Source of the DNA: an uncultured SAR86 cluster bacterium
Lineage (GTDB): Bacteria; Pseudomonadota; Gammaproteobacteria; Magnimaribacterales; Magnimaribacteraceae
NCBI GenBank assembly: GCA_902537425.1
Contig: CACBBD010000001.1
Coordinates: 231,790 to 295,789 of the forward strand
Reading direction: 5' to 3'
DNA: 64,000 nucleotides
Positions 41,953-55,970 of this stretch are shown here, piece after piece (the first letter of the stretch is position 1; every line of letters begins with the position of its first letter). The notes below the pieces were generated by a model. It ran no database searches, had not been told where the DNA came from, and saw only the letters and a program-made list of their open reading frames with translations. A program made the translations under genes and the position numbers.

Positions 41953-42727
41953 GAGCGTTATCGCTATACTGTTCTTCCATCTTACCAATCAACTCTCCAG
42001 CTAAGGCAAGATAAGCCAAAGAGCCTTTGGCGTTAGGCTCATAAGATAGAACGGACTTACCAAAACTAGGGGCTTCTGCTAATTTTATATTTCTAGGAAT
42101 GACTGTTGAGTACAGTTCGCTGGAAAAATGTTTTTGTAACTCTCCTGTTACCTGTTGGCCGAGCTTATTACGAGGGTCAAACATGGTTCTTACAACAGCT
42201 TTCAATTGGAGGTTGTGGCCGGTGCTATCATTTAATTGTCCTACAGTCTCTAAAAGTCCGGCCAAGCCTTCAAGGGCGAAGTATTCACATTGCATAGGAA
42301 CAAGTAAATCTTTGGCTGCCCGCAAACCGTTTAGGGTTAATAAATTTAAAGAGGGTGGGCAGTCGATAATTATGTAGTCGTACTTTTCATTGATCTCGGT
42401 TAAATAGTTTAAAAGGGCCCTTTCTTGGTCCCCGCCTCCCCTTAAGAAAGATTCTGCAGCTATAAGCTCCGGACCTGATGGCATAATGTCATAGCCCAGC
42501 TCTGTACCAAAAACAACCTCCCCTTGTGTTCCCATTAAGGCCGCAGCTGACCCTTTGGTTTGATCACACTTTTTTATACCAGATCCGGTGGTTGCATTTG
42601 CCTGCGGATCCAAGTCTACCAACAGGACGGCTCTTTTCATTGCACTCAGAGATGCTGCCAGGTTTACTGCAGTGGTTGTCTTGCCAACACCTCCTTTCTG
42701 GTTTGCTATAACTAATGTATTAACCAT
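41933..42727 (-). CDS. parA: Chromosome partitioning ATPase ParA
   Basis: NQKGGVGKTT, DLDPQAN, IDCPP, LAEAPSFG. Confidence 0.97.
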   Translation of the reverse strand: MVNTLVIANQKGGVGKTTTAVNLAASLSAMKRAVLLVDLDPQANATTGSGIKKCDQTKGSAAALMGTQGEVVFGTELGYDIMPSGPELIAAESFLRGGGDQERALLNYLTEINEKYDYIIIDCPPSLNLLTLNGLRAAKDLLVPMQCEYFALEGLAGLLETVGQLNDSTGHNLQLKAVVRTMFDPRNKLGQQVTGELQKHFSSELYSTVIPRNIKLAEAPSFGKSVLSYEPNAKGSLAYLALAGELIGKMEEQYSDNAHEQRQI

Positions 42728-43304
42728 TGTTTTGTTCTGCTTCTATTGTAACCAAGATACGCGTCTTGTCTTTCGCTTTTGAAGGAAATTTGTCAATTTT
42801 TTTTAAAACATATCCAGGCGGTATTCTTTCCTGGTCAAATTGCTCTTGGGTCTTCATGAGTTTGAGCTCTACTCCTCTTTTTTGGAGCAAAGGGGCTGTT
42901 AAGCTAATGATAAACTCTGTAGAGCCTACTGCTCTGCAGACTATGTCAAATGATTCGGGAAAAGTTTTTGTTTTTGTTTTTTCTATCCTTTGGTTGATGA
43001 CGCTTGTGTTTTTTAAGCCCAAACGAGAGGTTGTGTGTAATAAAAATGATGATTTCTTGGTGTTGCTTTCTATTAAATAAAATTCTTTATTGGGGTTGGT
43101 GATGGCAAGCGGGATGCCCGGAAGCCCGCCTCCGCTGCCTAGGTCAACTATGGTTTTTTTTAACAAGGGGGCAATGATCAAAGAATCTGATATATGATCA
43201 TCGATTTTTTGGGCTTGTTTTTTGGAGATTAGGTTGTGGGTTTTGTTCCAGGCAACCAGGTGAGCTTTATATTCTGCCAGCAGGTTTGTTTGGTCCTTAA
43301 CCAA
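42720..43304 (-). CDS. rsmG: 16S rRNA m7G527 methyltransferase (GidB)
   Basis: WNKTHNL, HISDSL, DLGSGGGLPGIPLA. Confidence 0.94.
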   Translation of the reverse strand: MVKDQTNLLAEYKAHLVAWNKTHNLISKKQAQKIDDHISDSLIIAPLLKKTIVDLGSGGGLPGIPLAITNPNKEFYLIESNTKKSSFLLHTTSRLGLKNTSVINQRIEKTKTKTFPESFDIVCRAVGSTEFIISLTAPLLQKRGVELKLMKTQEQFDQERIPPGYVLKKIDKFPSKAKDKTRILVTIEAEQNNG

Positions 43305-45159
43305 CAGCCCGTCTTTCCTTTTTCAAGTAGATCATTAGTAAAGAGATTGCTGCAGGAGTGACGCCTGGCAATCTTGAGGCTCGGGCCAGGCTCCCTGGTC
43401 TTGCTTCAGATAGTTTTTGTTTTGCTTCATTAGATAGCCCAACCACTTTCTCGTAATCTATGTGTTCTGGGATTGGGGTGTTTTCGTTTTTTTGCAGTCT
43501 CTCTATGTCGATTTTTTGTCTTTTTATGTACCCCTCATATTTAACAGAAGCTTCTATTTCGTCTACTGCGTTCGGGGCTAGAATTATTTCCCCCTGTGGC
43601 AAGTGTGAATGAAGAACTTTGGGGCGTTTTAACATTTCGAAAAGGCTAATATTCTTTGAAATATCCTCACCTGTTTGTTTTTTTATTTTTTTGGCTGCGG
43701 GCGAGTTTGGTTTAAGTTTGTCTTTTTTTAATCTGAGCATTTCCTTAGTTGTAGCGTTTTTTTTGTCTTGATATTTTTGCCACAATAAATCGGATACTAT
43801 TCCTAGCTTTCTGCCCTTTTCAGTTAAGCGCATGTCTGCATTATCTTCTCTAAGTATCAGTCTATATTCAGCTCTGCTTGTAAACATTCTATAAGGCTCT
43901 TTTGTGCCAAGGCTTACCAAATCGTCTATCAAAACCCCTATATAGGCTTCGTCTCTTTGTAGTTCGAATGCTTCTTGATTGGTTACTAAAAGTGATGCGT
44001 TTATTCCTGCCATTATGCCTTGAGCTGCTGCTTCTTCGTATCCTGTGGTTCCATTAATTTGTCCTGCGAAAAATAAACCTGAAATTGCCTTTGTTTCTAA
44101 TGAGTGTTTTAATCCTGTGGGGTCAAAGAAATCGTACTCTATTGCATATCCTGGTCTTACTATTTTTGCGTTTTCAAAGCCTCTGATAGATTTTATGAGC
44201 TCTTTTTGAGCCTTCAAAGGCAGGCTTGTCGAAATGCCGTTTGGATAAATTAGGTCTGAATTGAGTCCTTCCGGCTCAGCGAATATCTGATGAGAGTCTC
44301 TTTCTGCAAACCTCATAACTTTATCTTCAATTGAGGGGCAATACCTTGGTCCTACACCCTCGATCACACCTGAATACATGGGTGATTTATCAAGGTGATT
44401 TAATATAACCTGGTGTGTTTTTGGGTTGGTGCGTGTCATGTAGCAATTTAGCTGTGCAGGTCTTTCGCTTGCTTGAGAAGTATAAGAAAGAAGTGGTGTT
44501 GGAGTGTCTCCTGGTTGCGGTGAAAGAAGAGACCAATCTATGGAGTGCTTATCAAGTCTGGGTGGTGTTCCTGTTTTCAATCTGCCAACTTTTAAATTGA
44601 GACCTCTAAGTTTTTGAGCCAGTTTATCACTAGAAGGATCTCCGGTTCGTCCGCCCGAAGATTGCTCCAGACCAGTATGCATTACCCCTCCAAGAAAAGT
44701 TCCTGTTGTTAAAATTACTGAATTGGAAAATATTTTCTCCCCTCTTTCGGTTAATACTGACTGAATGGCTGAGTTCTTAATATCCAGATCGACAACTGAG
44801 CCTTCTTTAATTTTGAGGTTAGGAGATGAAGACAGAAATTTTTGTATTGCAGTCTTGTAAAGCTCTCTATCAGTTTGCACTCTAGTAGCCCTTACGGCCT
44901 GCCCTTTTGCAGAATTAAGGACTCGGTAGTGAATACCTGCCTTGTCAGTAGCTTTAGCCATCAAACCACCCAGGGCATCAACTTCCTTTGCCAGATGACT
45001 TTTGCCAATGCCTCCGATTGCAGGATTACACGACATCTCACCTATCTTTGATTTATCATGTGTAATAAGTAGGGTTTTTACACCGAATCTTGAACATGCT
45101 TCTGCGGCTTCAACTCCCGCGTGCCCCCCACCAATAACTATAACATCGTACTTATCCAC
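43297..45159 (-). CDS. mnmG: tRNA uridine modification enzyme MnmG (GidA)
   Basis: GGGHAG, MSCNPAIGG, GPRYCPSIEDK, GQINGTTGYEEAAAQG. Confidence 0.98.
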   Translation of the reverse strand: MDKYDVIVIGGGHAGVEAAEACSRFGVKTLLITHDKSKIGEMSCNPAIGGIGKSHLAKEVDALGGLMAKATDKAGIHYRVLNSAKGQAVRATRVQTDRELYKTAIQKFLSSSPNLKIKEGSVVDLDIKNSAIQSVLTERGEKIFSNSVILTTGTFLGGVMHTGLEQSSGGRTGDPSSDKLAQKLRGLNLKVGRLKTGTPPRLDKHSIDWSLLSPQPGDTPTPLLSYTSQASERPAQLNCYMTRTNPKTHQVILNHLDKSPMYSGVIEGVGPRYCPSIEDKVMRFAERDSHQIFAEPEGLNSDLIYPNGISTSLPLKAQKELIKSIRGFENAKIVRPGYAIEYDFFDPTGLKHSLETKAISGLFFAGQINGTTGYEEAAAQGIMAGINASLLVTNQEAFELQRDEAYIGVLIDDLVSLGTKEPYRMFTSRAEYRLILREDNADMRLTEKGRKLGIVSDLLWQKYQDKKNATTKEMLRLKKDKLKPNSPAAKKIKKQTGEDISKNISLFEMLKRPKVLHSHLPQGEIILAPNAVDEIEASVKYEGYIKRQKIDIERLQKNENTPIPEHIDYEKVVGLSNEAKQKLSEARPGSLARASRLPGVTPAAISLLMIYLKKERRAVG

Positions 45160-45390
45160 AGTTAAAAAAATTAAATTAGTTTTATTTGAATTCTATAGTT
45201 TATATTATTTTGTTATTATTAAGGACCTTCACGCCTGTGGAAAACTGGCACAACCCCTGCATTTTATTGAAATTACAAGGACATAAAAGCTGTATAAAAC
45301 CAAAATATAATTTCTTTATCGATTTGTATATTCAGTTAATAAAAAAAAATAGACACAAAATAAAAATATTTTTCAACAGCGTTTTAACAG
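45152..45390. other. Probable oriC: DnaA boxes plus AT-rich tract between mnmG and mnmE
   Basis: TTATCCACA 45152-45160, TGTGGAAAA 45236-45244, near-boxes 45291-45299 and 45370-45378; AT-rich 45165-45222. Confidence 0.65.
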
Positions 45391-46707
45391 TTACTTACCT
45401 ATACAAAACTCCGAAAAAATTTCACCCAGAAGGTCGTCCGCACTCATAGGCCTTAAGATATCACCAAGAGCCGAATGAGCAGACCTCAAACTCTCTGCAA
45501 CCAACTCTAACGCCTGTCCTTCACCCAAAGAAATTATGGCCTCTTCTAAAAAAAGACCCCCACTTCTTAAAGAAATTTCATGTCTTTGTCTGGACAGAAA
45601 TACAGTTTCCTCTCCCCCGTCTATTTCTAATCTTGTAATTAATGCTTTGAGTAATTCCTCAACCCCCTTACCAGTAGAGCACGACAAGTAGAAAGTGTTT
45701 TCTTCATTGGAGAACTCACCTTCAAGCAAGTCAGACTTATTCAGCACAGTCAAAAAAGCACCCAAGCCTACATCAAACCTCTGAATGGCTGTTGCATCTT
45801 GCACTAAGAGGCTTAAGTTTGACTTTTTGATAGCTTCTTTTGATCTCTGTATGCCCTCTTCTTCAATAGGCCCCTCTGGATCGTGCCTAACACCGGCTGT
45901 ATCAACAAATTCTATGAGTGTGCCCCCGATATTCACAGACGTTTTTACAAGGTCGCGTGTAGTTCCAGGAACTTCAGAAGTAATTGCAAGGTCTTCCCGA
46001 GCCAAGAGGTTTAATAAAGATGATTTCCCGGCGTTCGGAGGTCCCACAATAGCAACCGAATAACCATCTCTGAGCTTTATCCCTTCTTTTATACGAGAAA
46101 GCAATTCACTTATCTCGGCGTGAAAGCCCTGGAGCATTTCTTTGATAGACTCAAGAGCTGAAACATCAATCTCCTCTTCTGGAAAGTCTATATTTGCCTC
46201 AACAACAACCCTTGCCTTAAGAATACCATCAAGCAATAAGTTTATTTGTTTAGAAAACTCCCCAGAAAGCGACGAGTTAGCCGCTACAACAGCCGTTTCG
46301 CTTTGAGCATTTATTAAATCAGCCACAGACTCAGCCTGAACCAGATCAATTTTCTCATTTAGAAATGCGGTTTTTGTAAACTCTCCGGGCTCCGCGACCA
46401 CCGCACCAAGATAAACAGCCTCTTCTATAACTAAATTCACTATGGTGGGATTTCCATGACAATGGAACTCAACAACGTCGTCTCCAGTGTAAGAGTTAGG
46501 AGAGTTAAAAAAAACAACCATGCCATCATCTATTTTTGATCCACTACGCGACTTTATAGAACAACGCTTAAAGCTCCGGGCCTCTGCGAGTTCTCCGCAC
46601 ATAGTTTCAGCAATGTTCTTAGAAAGCTTTCCAGACATTCTTATTATTGAAATACCACCCCTTCCCATAACAGTCGCAGGAGCAATAATGGTTCTGTTTT
46701 TATTCAA
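45391..46707 (-). CDS. mnmE: tRNA modification GTPase MnmE
   Basis: SYTGDDVVEFHCHG, GPPNAGKSS, PGTTRD, DTAG, FCIGK. Confidence 0.98.
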   Translation of the reverse strand: MNKNRTIIAPATVMGRGGISIIRMSGKLSKNIAETMCGELAEARSFKRCSIKSRSGSKIDDGMVVFFNSPNSYTGDDVVEFHCHGNPTIVNLVIEEAVYLGAVVAEPGEFTKTAFLNEKIDLVQAESVADLINAQSETAVVAANSSLSGEFSKQINLLLDGILKARVVVEANIDFPEEEIDVSALESIKEMLQGFHAEISELLSRIKEGIKLRDGYSVAIVGPPNAGKSSLLNLLAREDLAITSEVPGTTRDLVKTSVNIGGTLIEFVDTAGVRHDPEGPIEEEGIQRSKEAIKKSNLSLLVQDATAIQRFDVGLGAFLTVLNKSDLLEGEFSNEENTFYLSCSTGKGVEELLKALITRLEIDGGEETVFLSRQRHEISLRSGGLFLEEAIISLGEGQALELVAESLRSAHSALGDILRPMSADDLLGEIFSEFCIGK

Positions 46708-46722
46708 GGCCGATAGAGCTCA

Positions 46723-48378
46723 TCAGCCGGAACCTACAGACCCAGTTCCATACTTGGTGCCTCTCGAATACCACCACTGTTGAAATATTTGAATAACCAT
46801 ATTTACCAGCCAATACAAAACTAAGCCAGACGGGAACCACGCAAAAATGACAGCAAAAATAAGAGGAAAGAACTTCATCATCTGGGCTTGCATTGGGTCC
46901 GCATTGGGTGGAGTCGGCGTAAGTTTTTGAGAAAGGTACATGCCAGCCCCATTAAGAATAGGAAGAATAAAGTAAGGATCCATGGCCGATAAGTCGTCTA
47001 TCCACAAAAAGAACGGAGAATGCCTCAATTCAACAGTTTCGAGCAAAACCCAATAGAAAGCTAGAAAAAAAGGCATTTGCGCCAACATAGGTAGGCAGCC
47101 TCCAAGCGGATTTACTCCCTCTTTTTTATACACTTCCATTAATTCTTGACTCATTGCCTGCCTGTTGTCTCCGTGCTTCTCCTGTAAAAGCTGCATTTTG
47201 GGCGCCAATTCTCTCATCTTGCCCATCGAAACATAAGCTTTTGCCGAAAGAGGCCAGGTCAAAAGCTTCAAGGCAACAGTAAGGAAGATAATTGCCAATC
47301 CCCAGTTATTAAAAAGACTATATCCGAGGTCTAAAAACCAATACATAGGCTTACCTAGCCACCATAAAAATCCGTAATCTACTGTTAGGTCAAGGTTTTC
47401 TTCAATTTCAACAAGTTGTTTGGGCAGTTTAGGGCCTACATAAAGAGTGTTTTTTGTAGATACAGACTCGCCATAGGAAAGAACAGAATCTCTGGAGGTG
47501 TAACCTAAAGAGTATCTTTCAGAGTTTACTCCATATCTGCCCTGGTAGAGATACTCCTCATTTTGATCTGGAATCCACGCAGACAAGAAGTAATGTTGTA
47601 TCAAAGCAACCCAACCACCTAGAGACTTATTCTGATACGAAGACTCCCTTATGTCATCAAAATCATATTTTTCATATGTATCTTTTGTTGATGAAAAAAC
47701 AGGACCAAGATAGGTATACATCAAACCAGCTTCTTCCGCTGGCGAGCCATCTCTTTCAATAACCACATAAGGTGTTATTGAAATATCTTCATCTAAAACT
47801 GAGTTCACTGTGTCCTCAATTTTTAGAGAATAGCCTGTATTTTCAATTTCTATTTTTCTAGAAAAATTTAGCCCCAAAGAAGTGCCTTCAAGAATGTAAA
47901 CTTTTGAACCTGTCTCAACCGACCGTTCAGTTATTTTTTTAAATTGTGGATTTAAATATCCTTGAGCCCGGGTATAAAAACCACTGTTAGCGAAATATAT
48001 ATTTTCTTTTCCAGAGTTGGCATCATAGGTTTTTCCAAATATATTGAACCCCTCTTCAGAACCTTTCTCTTCAGATATGTTTTTTAAGGTCGAAACTTCA
48101 AACCTTCCCGTTTTTGATTCAACCAATAAAGACAAATCATCATTTTGTATTTCAAAATAATTAAGTTCTTGAGGGGCAACTTCAACTAACCCTTGATTAG
48201 GTTGCGAAAGGGGAGCAAGAGGCTCAGAAAGTGAACGCTCACTATCAGTGAAAGTATTTATTTCTCTTTGTTCTTCAGAAGAACCATCGTAGATATAATT
48301 ATCTGTTGGCCACTGCAAAAGAAGGTAATAAAGTGTAAGGCCAATTCCTATTATCAAGGATGTTTTAATTACGTCCAT
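46723..48378 (-). CDS. yidC: Membrane protein insertase YidC
   Basis: [30 protein letters not shown]; start trimmed to ATG 48378. Confidence 0.96.
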   Translation of the reverse strand: MDVIKTSLIIGIGLTLYYLLLQWPTDNYIYDGSSEEQREINTFTDSERSLSEPLAPLSQPNQGLVEVAPQELNYFEIQNDDLSLLVESKTGRFEVSTLKNISEEKGSEEGFNIFGKTYDANSGKENIYFANSGFYTRAQGYLNPQFKKITERSVETGSKVYILEGTSLGLNFSRKIEIENTGYSLKIEDTVNSVLDEDISITPYVVIERDGSPAEEAGLMYTYLGPVFSSTKDTYEKYDFDDIRESSYQNKSLGGWVALIQHYFLSAWIPDQNEEYLYQGRYGVNSERYSLGYTSRDSVLSYGESVSTKNTLYVGPKLPKQLVEIEENLDLTVDYGFLWWLGKPMYWFLDLGYSLFNNWGLAIIFLTVALKLLTWPLSAKAYVSMGKMRELAPKMQLLQEKHGDNRQAMSQELMEVYKKEGVNPLGGCLPMLAQMPFFLAFYWVLLETVELRHSPFFLWIDDLSAMDPYFILPILNGAGMYLSQKLTPTPPNADPMQAQMMKFFPLIFAVIFAWFPSGLVLYWLVNMVIQIFQQWWYSRGTKYGTGSVGSG

Positions 48379-48601
48379 GCTTTGATTCTCCAGGTACATT
48401 ATCTATTCCGCTACCGCCCCAAGGATTGCACCTAATGATTCTTCTTATGGCAAGGATAGAGCCTCGATAAGTCCCATGAACTTTCAAGGCCTCCAGCGCA
48501 TACTGAGAGCAGGTTGGATGGAACCTACAGTTTTGTCCCAACATTGGGCTCAAAAACTTTTGGTAAAATTTTATAATCCTTACAAGCGTTTTATTAATCA
48601 T
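48365..48601 (-). CDS. yidD: Membrane protein insertion efficiency factor
   Basis: [17 protein letters not shown]...RCNPW. Confidence 0.95.
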   Translation of the reverse strand: MINKTLVRIIKFYQKFLSPMLGQNCRFHPTCSQYALEALKVHGTYRGSILAIRRIIRCNPWGGSGIDNVPGESKHGRN

Positions 48602-48932
48602 TATTGAGCGTAAATTTTCTCCAGATCTTTTCTAAATCTTTTTTAAGTTCCTCTTCTTTTCCTTTTAAATTTTTTTTTACATACACAACAAAATCTTTAT
48701 GAGGTAATTCTAAAACCTTTGCAAGAAAACTTCCTTTTATTTTTCTCTTTATATTGTTTCTGTCTACAGCAAGCCTATTGTCCTTCTTCCTAATGGCCAC
48801 CCCTATTCTTGAAAAACCCAAGGAATTATCTTTTGAAAGAATTAATATGTTTTTGGTGGAATGTTTTTGATCAGGATTATCAAAAATATCACTAAAACCT
48901 TCTTTAGATGATATGGAGCGCTTAGGGCTCAT
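48594..48932 (-). CDS. rnpA: Ribonuclease P protein component
   Basis: [19 protein letters not shown]; position between rpmH and yidD. Confidence 0.88.
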   Translation of the reverse strand: MSPKRSISSKEGFSDIFDNPDQKHSTKNILILSKDNSLGFSRIGVAIRKKDNRLAVDRNNIKRKIKGSFLAKVLELPHKDFVVYVKKNLKGKEEELKKDLEKIWRKFTLNND

Positions 48933-49067
48933 TTAGACAGTTAGGGAAAGCCTCCCCTTTTTTCTTCTATTACTTAGCACCTTTTTACCTCCAAGCCTTG
49001 AGTTTCTGGCACGAAAACCATGAGTTCTAGCTCGCTTAATTTTACTCGGCTGATATGTTCTTTTCAT
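48933..49067 (-). CDS. rpmH: 50S ribosomal protein L34
   Basis: [21 protein letters not shown]; start trimmed to ATG 49067. Confidence 0.97.
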   Translation of the reverse strand: MKRTYQPSKIKRARTHGFRARNSRLGGKKVLSNRRKKGRLSLTV

Positions 49068-49141
49068 AGTGCTATTAAGTATTTGGGTTGCGAATGATAG
49101 AGTTTTTGTTGGTCTAAGACAAGCAAAATAAAAAAAACAAT

Positions 49142-49190
49142 ATATCAACAAGTTATCCACAACAAAAATCTGTGTTTATACTGTGGATAA
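49142..49190. promoter_or_regulatory. DnaA boxes upstream of dnaA
   Basis: TTATCCACA 49153-49161 and inverted TGTGGATAA 49182-49190; weak box 49142-49150. Confidence 0.8.
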
Positions 49191-49218
49191 CTTTGTTAAT
49201 CTATATATAATCGAAATC

Positions 49219-50589
49219 ATGACCGAATTGCACTTTTGGGGAGAATGTAAGAAAACTTTAGAAAGAGATTTGCCTATTGAGGAGTATTCTACATGGATTG
49301 CACCACTAACTTTAGAGCAAAATAATGGTTCAAACCCGCTTTCTTACAGTGTTTTAGCTCCAAACAAGTTTATATCTGATTGGGTTGAAGACAATTATGG
49401 AATAACAATTAAAGAAAGATTAAGTGCCATTACAAGCATGAGTGACCTTAATCTTAACTTTGAAATCTTTGTTGATTACCACGACAAGCGCCCTGATAGA
49501 GATCCAGAAAGTAATAGTGTTGCGCCTACCATAACAAATAGTCAGGTTCAGTCTCAAGAAGTTGTTAAAAACAACAACCTAATCGATGATTTTACATTTG
49601 AAACATTTGTAGAGGGTAAGTCGAACCACATTGCATTGGCTGCTTCCAGGCAAATTGGTGATGGTCTTAAAAATTCATATAATCCTCTTTTCATTTACGG
49701 CGGCGTGGGATTGGGAAAAACTCATCTCATGCATGCTGTGGGAAATGAGATCCTGAAACAAGATCCTAAAAAGAAAATAGCTTATGTTCATTCAGAGAAG
49801 TTTGTGAGTGATATGGTAAAATCTCTACAATTAGGAGCAATTAATGAATTTAAGCAGCACTATAGGTCTTTAGATGCTCTATTGATTGATGATATTCAGT
49901 TTTTTGCAAAAAAGGAGCAATCACAAGAAGAATTATTTCACACGTTCAATTCTCTACTAGAGAAAGGAAGTCAAATGATTCTAACTTGCGACAAGTATCC
50001 TAAAGAAATAGAAGGATTAGAGGACAGGCTAAAGTCCAGATTGGGATGGGGCTTGCCAGTTGTTATAGAGCCACCCGAATTAGAAACCAGAGTTGCAATA
50101 CTCTTAAGCAAAGCAACAACCATGAACCACGAGCTGAATGAAGAATCTGCTTTTTTCATAGCTCAAAAAGTGAGATCGAATGTAAGAGAGCTAGAGGGTG
50201 CTCTAAAGCGAGTAATTGCGAACTCTAACTTTACAGGGAGACCAATTACAATTGACCTAATAAAAGACTCCTTAAAAGATCTTCTTGCCATACAGGCAAG
50301 ACAAGTAAGTGTAGAGAATATTCAAAAAACAACAGCTGAGTACTACAACATTAAAATGAGCGATATACTCTCAAAAAGAAGAAGCAGATCCGTTGCTAGA
50401 CCCAGACAGATGGCAATGTTTTTAGCCAAAGAGCTAACTAATTATAGTTTGCCAGAAATAGGCGAGTCTTTTGGTGGAAGAGACCACACAACAGTTATAC
50501 ACGCTTGTAAAAAAATAAATGAACTTAGGTCCTATAACCTGGACATAGAAGAGGATTATAGAAAGCTTTTAAGGGTTTTAACTATATAA
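49219..50589 (+). CDS. dnaA: Chromosomal replication initiator DnaA
   Basis: [37 protein letters not shown]; start trimmed to ATG 49219. Confidence 0.98.
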   Translation: MTELHFWGECKKTLERDLPIEEYSTWIAPLTLEQNNGSNPLSYSVLAPNKFISDWVEDNYGITIKERLSAITSMSDLNLNFEIFVDYHDKRPDRDPESNSVAPTITNSQVQSQEVVKNNNLIDDFTFETFVEGKSNHIALAASRQIGDGLKNSYNPLFIYGGVGLGKTHLMHAVGNEILKQDPKKKIAYVHSEKFVSDMVKSLQLGAINEFKQHYRSLDALLIDDIQFFAKKEQSQEELFHTFNSLLEKGSQMILTCDKYPKEIEGLEDRLKSRLGWGLPVVIEPPELETRVAILLSKATTMNHELNEESAFFIAQKVRSNVRELEGALKRVIANSNFTGRPITIDLIKDSLKDLLAIQARQVSVENIQKTTAEYYNIKMSDILSKRRSRSVARPRQMAMFLAKELTNYSLPEIGESFGGRDHTTVIHACKKINELRSYNLDIEEDYRKLLRVLTI

Positions 50590-50596
50590 TGTAAGC

Positions 50597-51697
50597 ATGA
50601 AGTTCATCACAGAAAAAGCACAAATAGTTGATTCTCTTCAAAATGCTGCAGCCGTCGCTGAAAGACGCCAAACAATACCTATTTTAGCAAATCTAAGGCT
50701 AAAAACTATTAATGGAAAATTGGAGGTTACCGCAACTGATTTAGAGATTCAAATAAAAACTTTTTCTGATTTAATTGAAATTGAAGAGGAGGGCGAAACT
50801 ACAGTTTCTGCTAGAAAAATGTCAGAATTATGTAGATCATTGCCAGAAGGTGAAAATGTTAAGTTTTCTCTATCAAATGGAAAATTGACTGTTAGCTCTA
50901 GTAATTTTCACGCTGATTTTGCAACAATTTCTTCAGATGATTTCCCTGAAATAGAAATCAATGAAGAGCAGACCCCAATCACAGTCCAGTCCGGTGTTCT
51001 AAAAAGATTATTATCTAAAACATCATTTTCTATGGCCTCACAAGATGTGAGATATTATCTAAATGGTATGCTTTTAGAGGTAGAAGGCAATAAAATAAAC
51101 GGAGTAGCCACTGATGGGCACAGATTGGCTTTTTCATCAGCAACAACTAATGCTGTAGATTTAGGTATAAGAAACATACTTCCAAGAAAAGCGGTTTTAG
51201 AGCTTTCAAAACTTCTTTTACCGAATGAAGAGACTGTTGAGCTCCTCATAGGAGCATCTTATGTTGACGTGCGGTCTGAAAACCTCAGTTTTTCAACCAA
51301 ATTAATAGATGGAAAATATCCAGACTATAATAAAGTCTTTCCAACCGGACAGCCTTTGCCTTTAGAAATTAGTAAAGAAATCCTTCAAGCTGCCCTTTCT
51401 AGAGCCTCTGTTCTGTCAAATGAAAAGTACAGAGGTGTCAGATTTCAGTTATCTGAAAATAAGCTTAAACTTACTGCCAATAATCCAGAACAAGAATCAG
51501 CTGAAGAAGAAGTAGAAGTAATTTATAAAGGTTCTGATCTAGAAGTTGGTTTCAATATAGGATATTTGTTAGACGTCCTAAACTCTATCGAAAGTGAAAC
51601 TGTTTCCTTTGAATTCTACGGCGAAGACTCTAGTTGTGTTATCAAAGAACAAAATTCTGAAGATGACGTCTATGTAATCATGCCAATGCGGCTGTAA
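50597..51697 (+). CDS. dnaN: DNA polymerase III beta clamp
   Basis: ATDLEI, QDVRYYLNG, ATDGHRLA, IMPMRL. Confidence 0.98.
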   Translation: MKFITEKAQIVDSLQNAAAVAERRQTIPILANLRLKTINGKLEVTATDLEIQIKTFSDLIEIEEEGETTVSARKMSELCRSLPEGENVKFSLSNGKLTVSSSNFHADFATISSDDFPEIEINEEQTPITVQSGVLKRLLSKTSFSMASQDVRYYLNGMLLEVEGNKINGVATDGHRLAFSSATTNAVDLGIRNILPRKAVLELSKLLLPNEETVELLIGASYVDVRSENLSFSTKLIDGKYPDYNKVFPTGQPLPLEISKEILQAALSRASVLSNEKYRGVRFQLSENKLKLTANNPEQESAEEEVEVIYKGSDLEVGFNIGYLLDVLNSIESETVSFEFYGEDSSCVIKEQNSEDDVYVIMPMRL

Positions 51698-52767
51698 TGA
51701 CTCTTCAGCGGCTTCACCTAAAAAACTTTAGGCTTTTTCAAGATAAAACTTTCAACTTCTCGGATGGAATAAATCTAATATTAGGAGAAAATGGTTCAGG
51801 AAAAACAACGGTTTTAGAGTCACTAAATGTTCTGTTAACTGGTAATTCTTTTAGAGCAAAGGAAACCAAAGAATGTATTCATTCTGATAAAGAATTTTAT
51901 AAAATTTCTGCCAAAGGTAGTATTAATGCCCAAAACCTCACTCTTGTTGTTGAAAATAGTCATAACAAAAAGCTATTTTCCAAAAGATTGCTTGGAGAAA
52001 TATCTGTAAAAAAGGAAGATATATATTTTATGCAAGTTGTACTCGCTAAAAACCTTAAAATGATAGATGGAGATCCAGAAATAAGAAGGGATTTTTTTAA
52101 CGATCTTATGTTCCACGTGAAACCTGAGATAAAAAAATTGCATAATGCCTATCAAAAAGCCCTTAAACAAAGGAATAAGTCGCTAAAGAGAAAACTTTCT
52201 AGTTCAGAAATTTCCTTGTGGAGTAATGAGCTTTCAACATTGGGATTAAAACTTAGTCTCGAGCAATATAATTTTTTTAAGGTGTTTAAAGAACATACAC
52301 TAAAATCAATAGAAAAAAATATTTCTAATGGCTCTTTTGATTACCTTGATAAATTAAGTGTAACTTTTTCGAAAGGGTGGGAACGCTCAAAAAAACTGGA
52401 AGAGTCTTTATTAGAAAGCCTTGAGAGAGATATGGCTCTTGGATATACGTCAAAAGGGCCACACAGAATGGACTTTACATTTACAGTAGGCAATAAAAAG
52501 GCCTCCTCTAATCTTTCCAGAGGTCAAATTAAGATATTGATTTTATTAGTTTTTTTATCAAGTATAAAGCTTTTGAAAGATTTAATAGATACTGAAATTC
52601 TGCTTGTGATAGATGATCTAGGATCTGAACTAGATTTGAGCAATCTCACATCAATAGTCATGAAGATTCTTGAATCTGAGAATCAAATTATCTTAACCGG
52701 CATTGAGGGTGAAGAGATGCATAAATCGTTTAAAAAAATGACAAATTTTACACAGATTAATATCTAA
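51697..52767 (+). CDS. recF: DNA replication/repair protein RecF
   Basis: GENGSGKT, GPHRMD, LSRGQ, DDLGSELD. Confidence 0.93.
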   Translation: MTLQRLHLKNFRLFQDKTFNFSDGINLILGENGSGKTTVLESLNVLLTGNSFRAKETKECIHSDKEFYKISAKGSINAQNLTLVVENSHNKKLFSKRLLGEISVKKEDIYFMQVVLAKNLKMIDGDPEIRRDFFNDLMFHVKPEIKKLHNAYQKALKQRNKSLKRKLSSSEISLWSNELSTLGLKLSLEQYNFFKVFKEHTLKSIEKNISNGSFDYLDKLSVTFSKGWERSKKLEESLLESLERDMALGYTSKGPHRMDFTFTVGNKKASSNLSRGQIKILILLVFLSSIKLLKDLIDTEILLVIDDLGSELDLSNLTSIVMKILESENQIILTGIEGEEMHKSFKKMTNFTQINI

Positions 52768-52778
52768 TTATGTATTAA

Positions 52779-55268
<2,490 letters not shown>

Positions 55269-55274
55269 CTTGAT

Positions 55275-55970
55275 CTAAGAATTTAGTTTTTTTTCTACCC
55301 ACTTTCTTACATCGCTTGCTGATTGTCTTGAATCTTCAACATAAAATGGCTCCCCAATTATTAACTTAATTTTTCCTGGCTTTTTAATGAATTTATGTGC
55401 TGGCCAGCAATCACCCGAGTTATGGCATAATGGCAACACCATAACGCCATTTCTTTTGGCTAATTCAAAACTACTCCTTGCATATTTTCCAACCCTGCCA
55501 GCTTTGACCCTTGTTCCTTCTGGGAACAATAAAACATACATTCCATTTTTCAATCTATTTGAACCCTCCTCAAGAGTTTGCAAGATAGCTTCTTTGGGTT
55601 TGCTTCTATTGATTGCGATTGGATTTAACATTTTCATAGCCCATCCCCAAAGTGGAATGTACAGCAATTCTTTTTTCAGTAAGGTACACATGGGATGAAA
55701 GAGGTATTGCATCGAATAGGTTTCCCATTGACCTTGATGATTAGAAACAATGACACAAGGTTCAGTTGGTAAGTTCTCTTGACCAATAATTTCTACTTTA
55801 ATCCCGCAAGATAAATGTAAAAACCAATTAGCAAACTTTGGCCATTGTGAAAAAAGCTTTAGTCTATTTTCCAGTCCTAAAAAAGGCCCGATTATACAGG
55901 CCAACAAGCTTGCTATTATTCCTGAACTCAAATAGCCAAGGTAAAAAATAGTAGATCTAACAACAATCAC
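55275..55970 (-). CDS. plsC: 1-acyl-sn-glycerol-3-phosphate acyltransferase
   Basis: SNHQGQWE, KKEL, FPEGTR. Confidence 0.88.
   Translation of the reverse strand: MIVVRSTIFYLGYLSSGIIASLLACIIGPFLGLENRLKLFSQWPKFANWFLHLSCGIKVEIIGQENLPTEPCVIVSNHQGQWETYSMQYLFHPMCTLLKKELLYIPLWGWAMKMLNPIAINRSKPKEAILQTLEEGSNRLKNGMYVLLFPEGTRVKAGRVGKYARSSFELAKRNGVMVLPLCHNSGDCWPAHKFIKKPGKIKLIIGEPFYVEDSRQSASDVRKWVEKKLNS

Noticed and set aside
45186-45449. 87-aa ORF in the mnmG-mnmE gap
   Set aside because: Spans the DnaA-box/AT-rich region and overlaps mnmE antisense; likely spurious.
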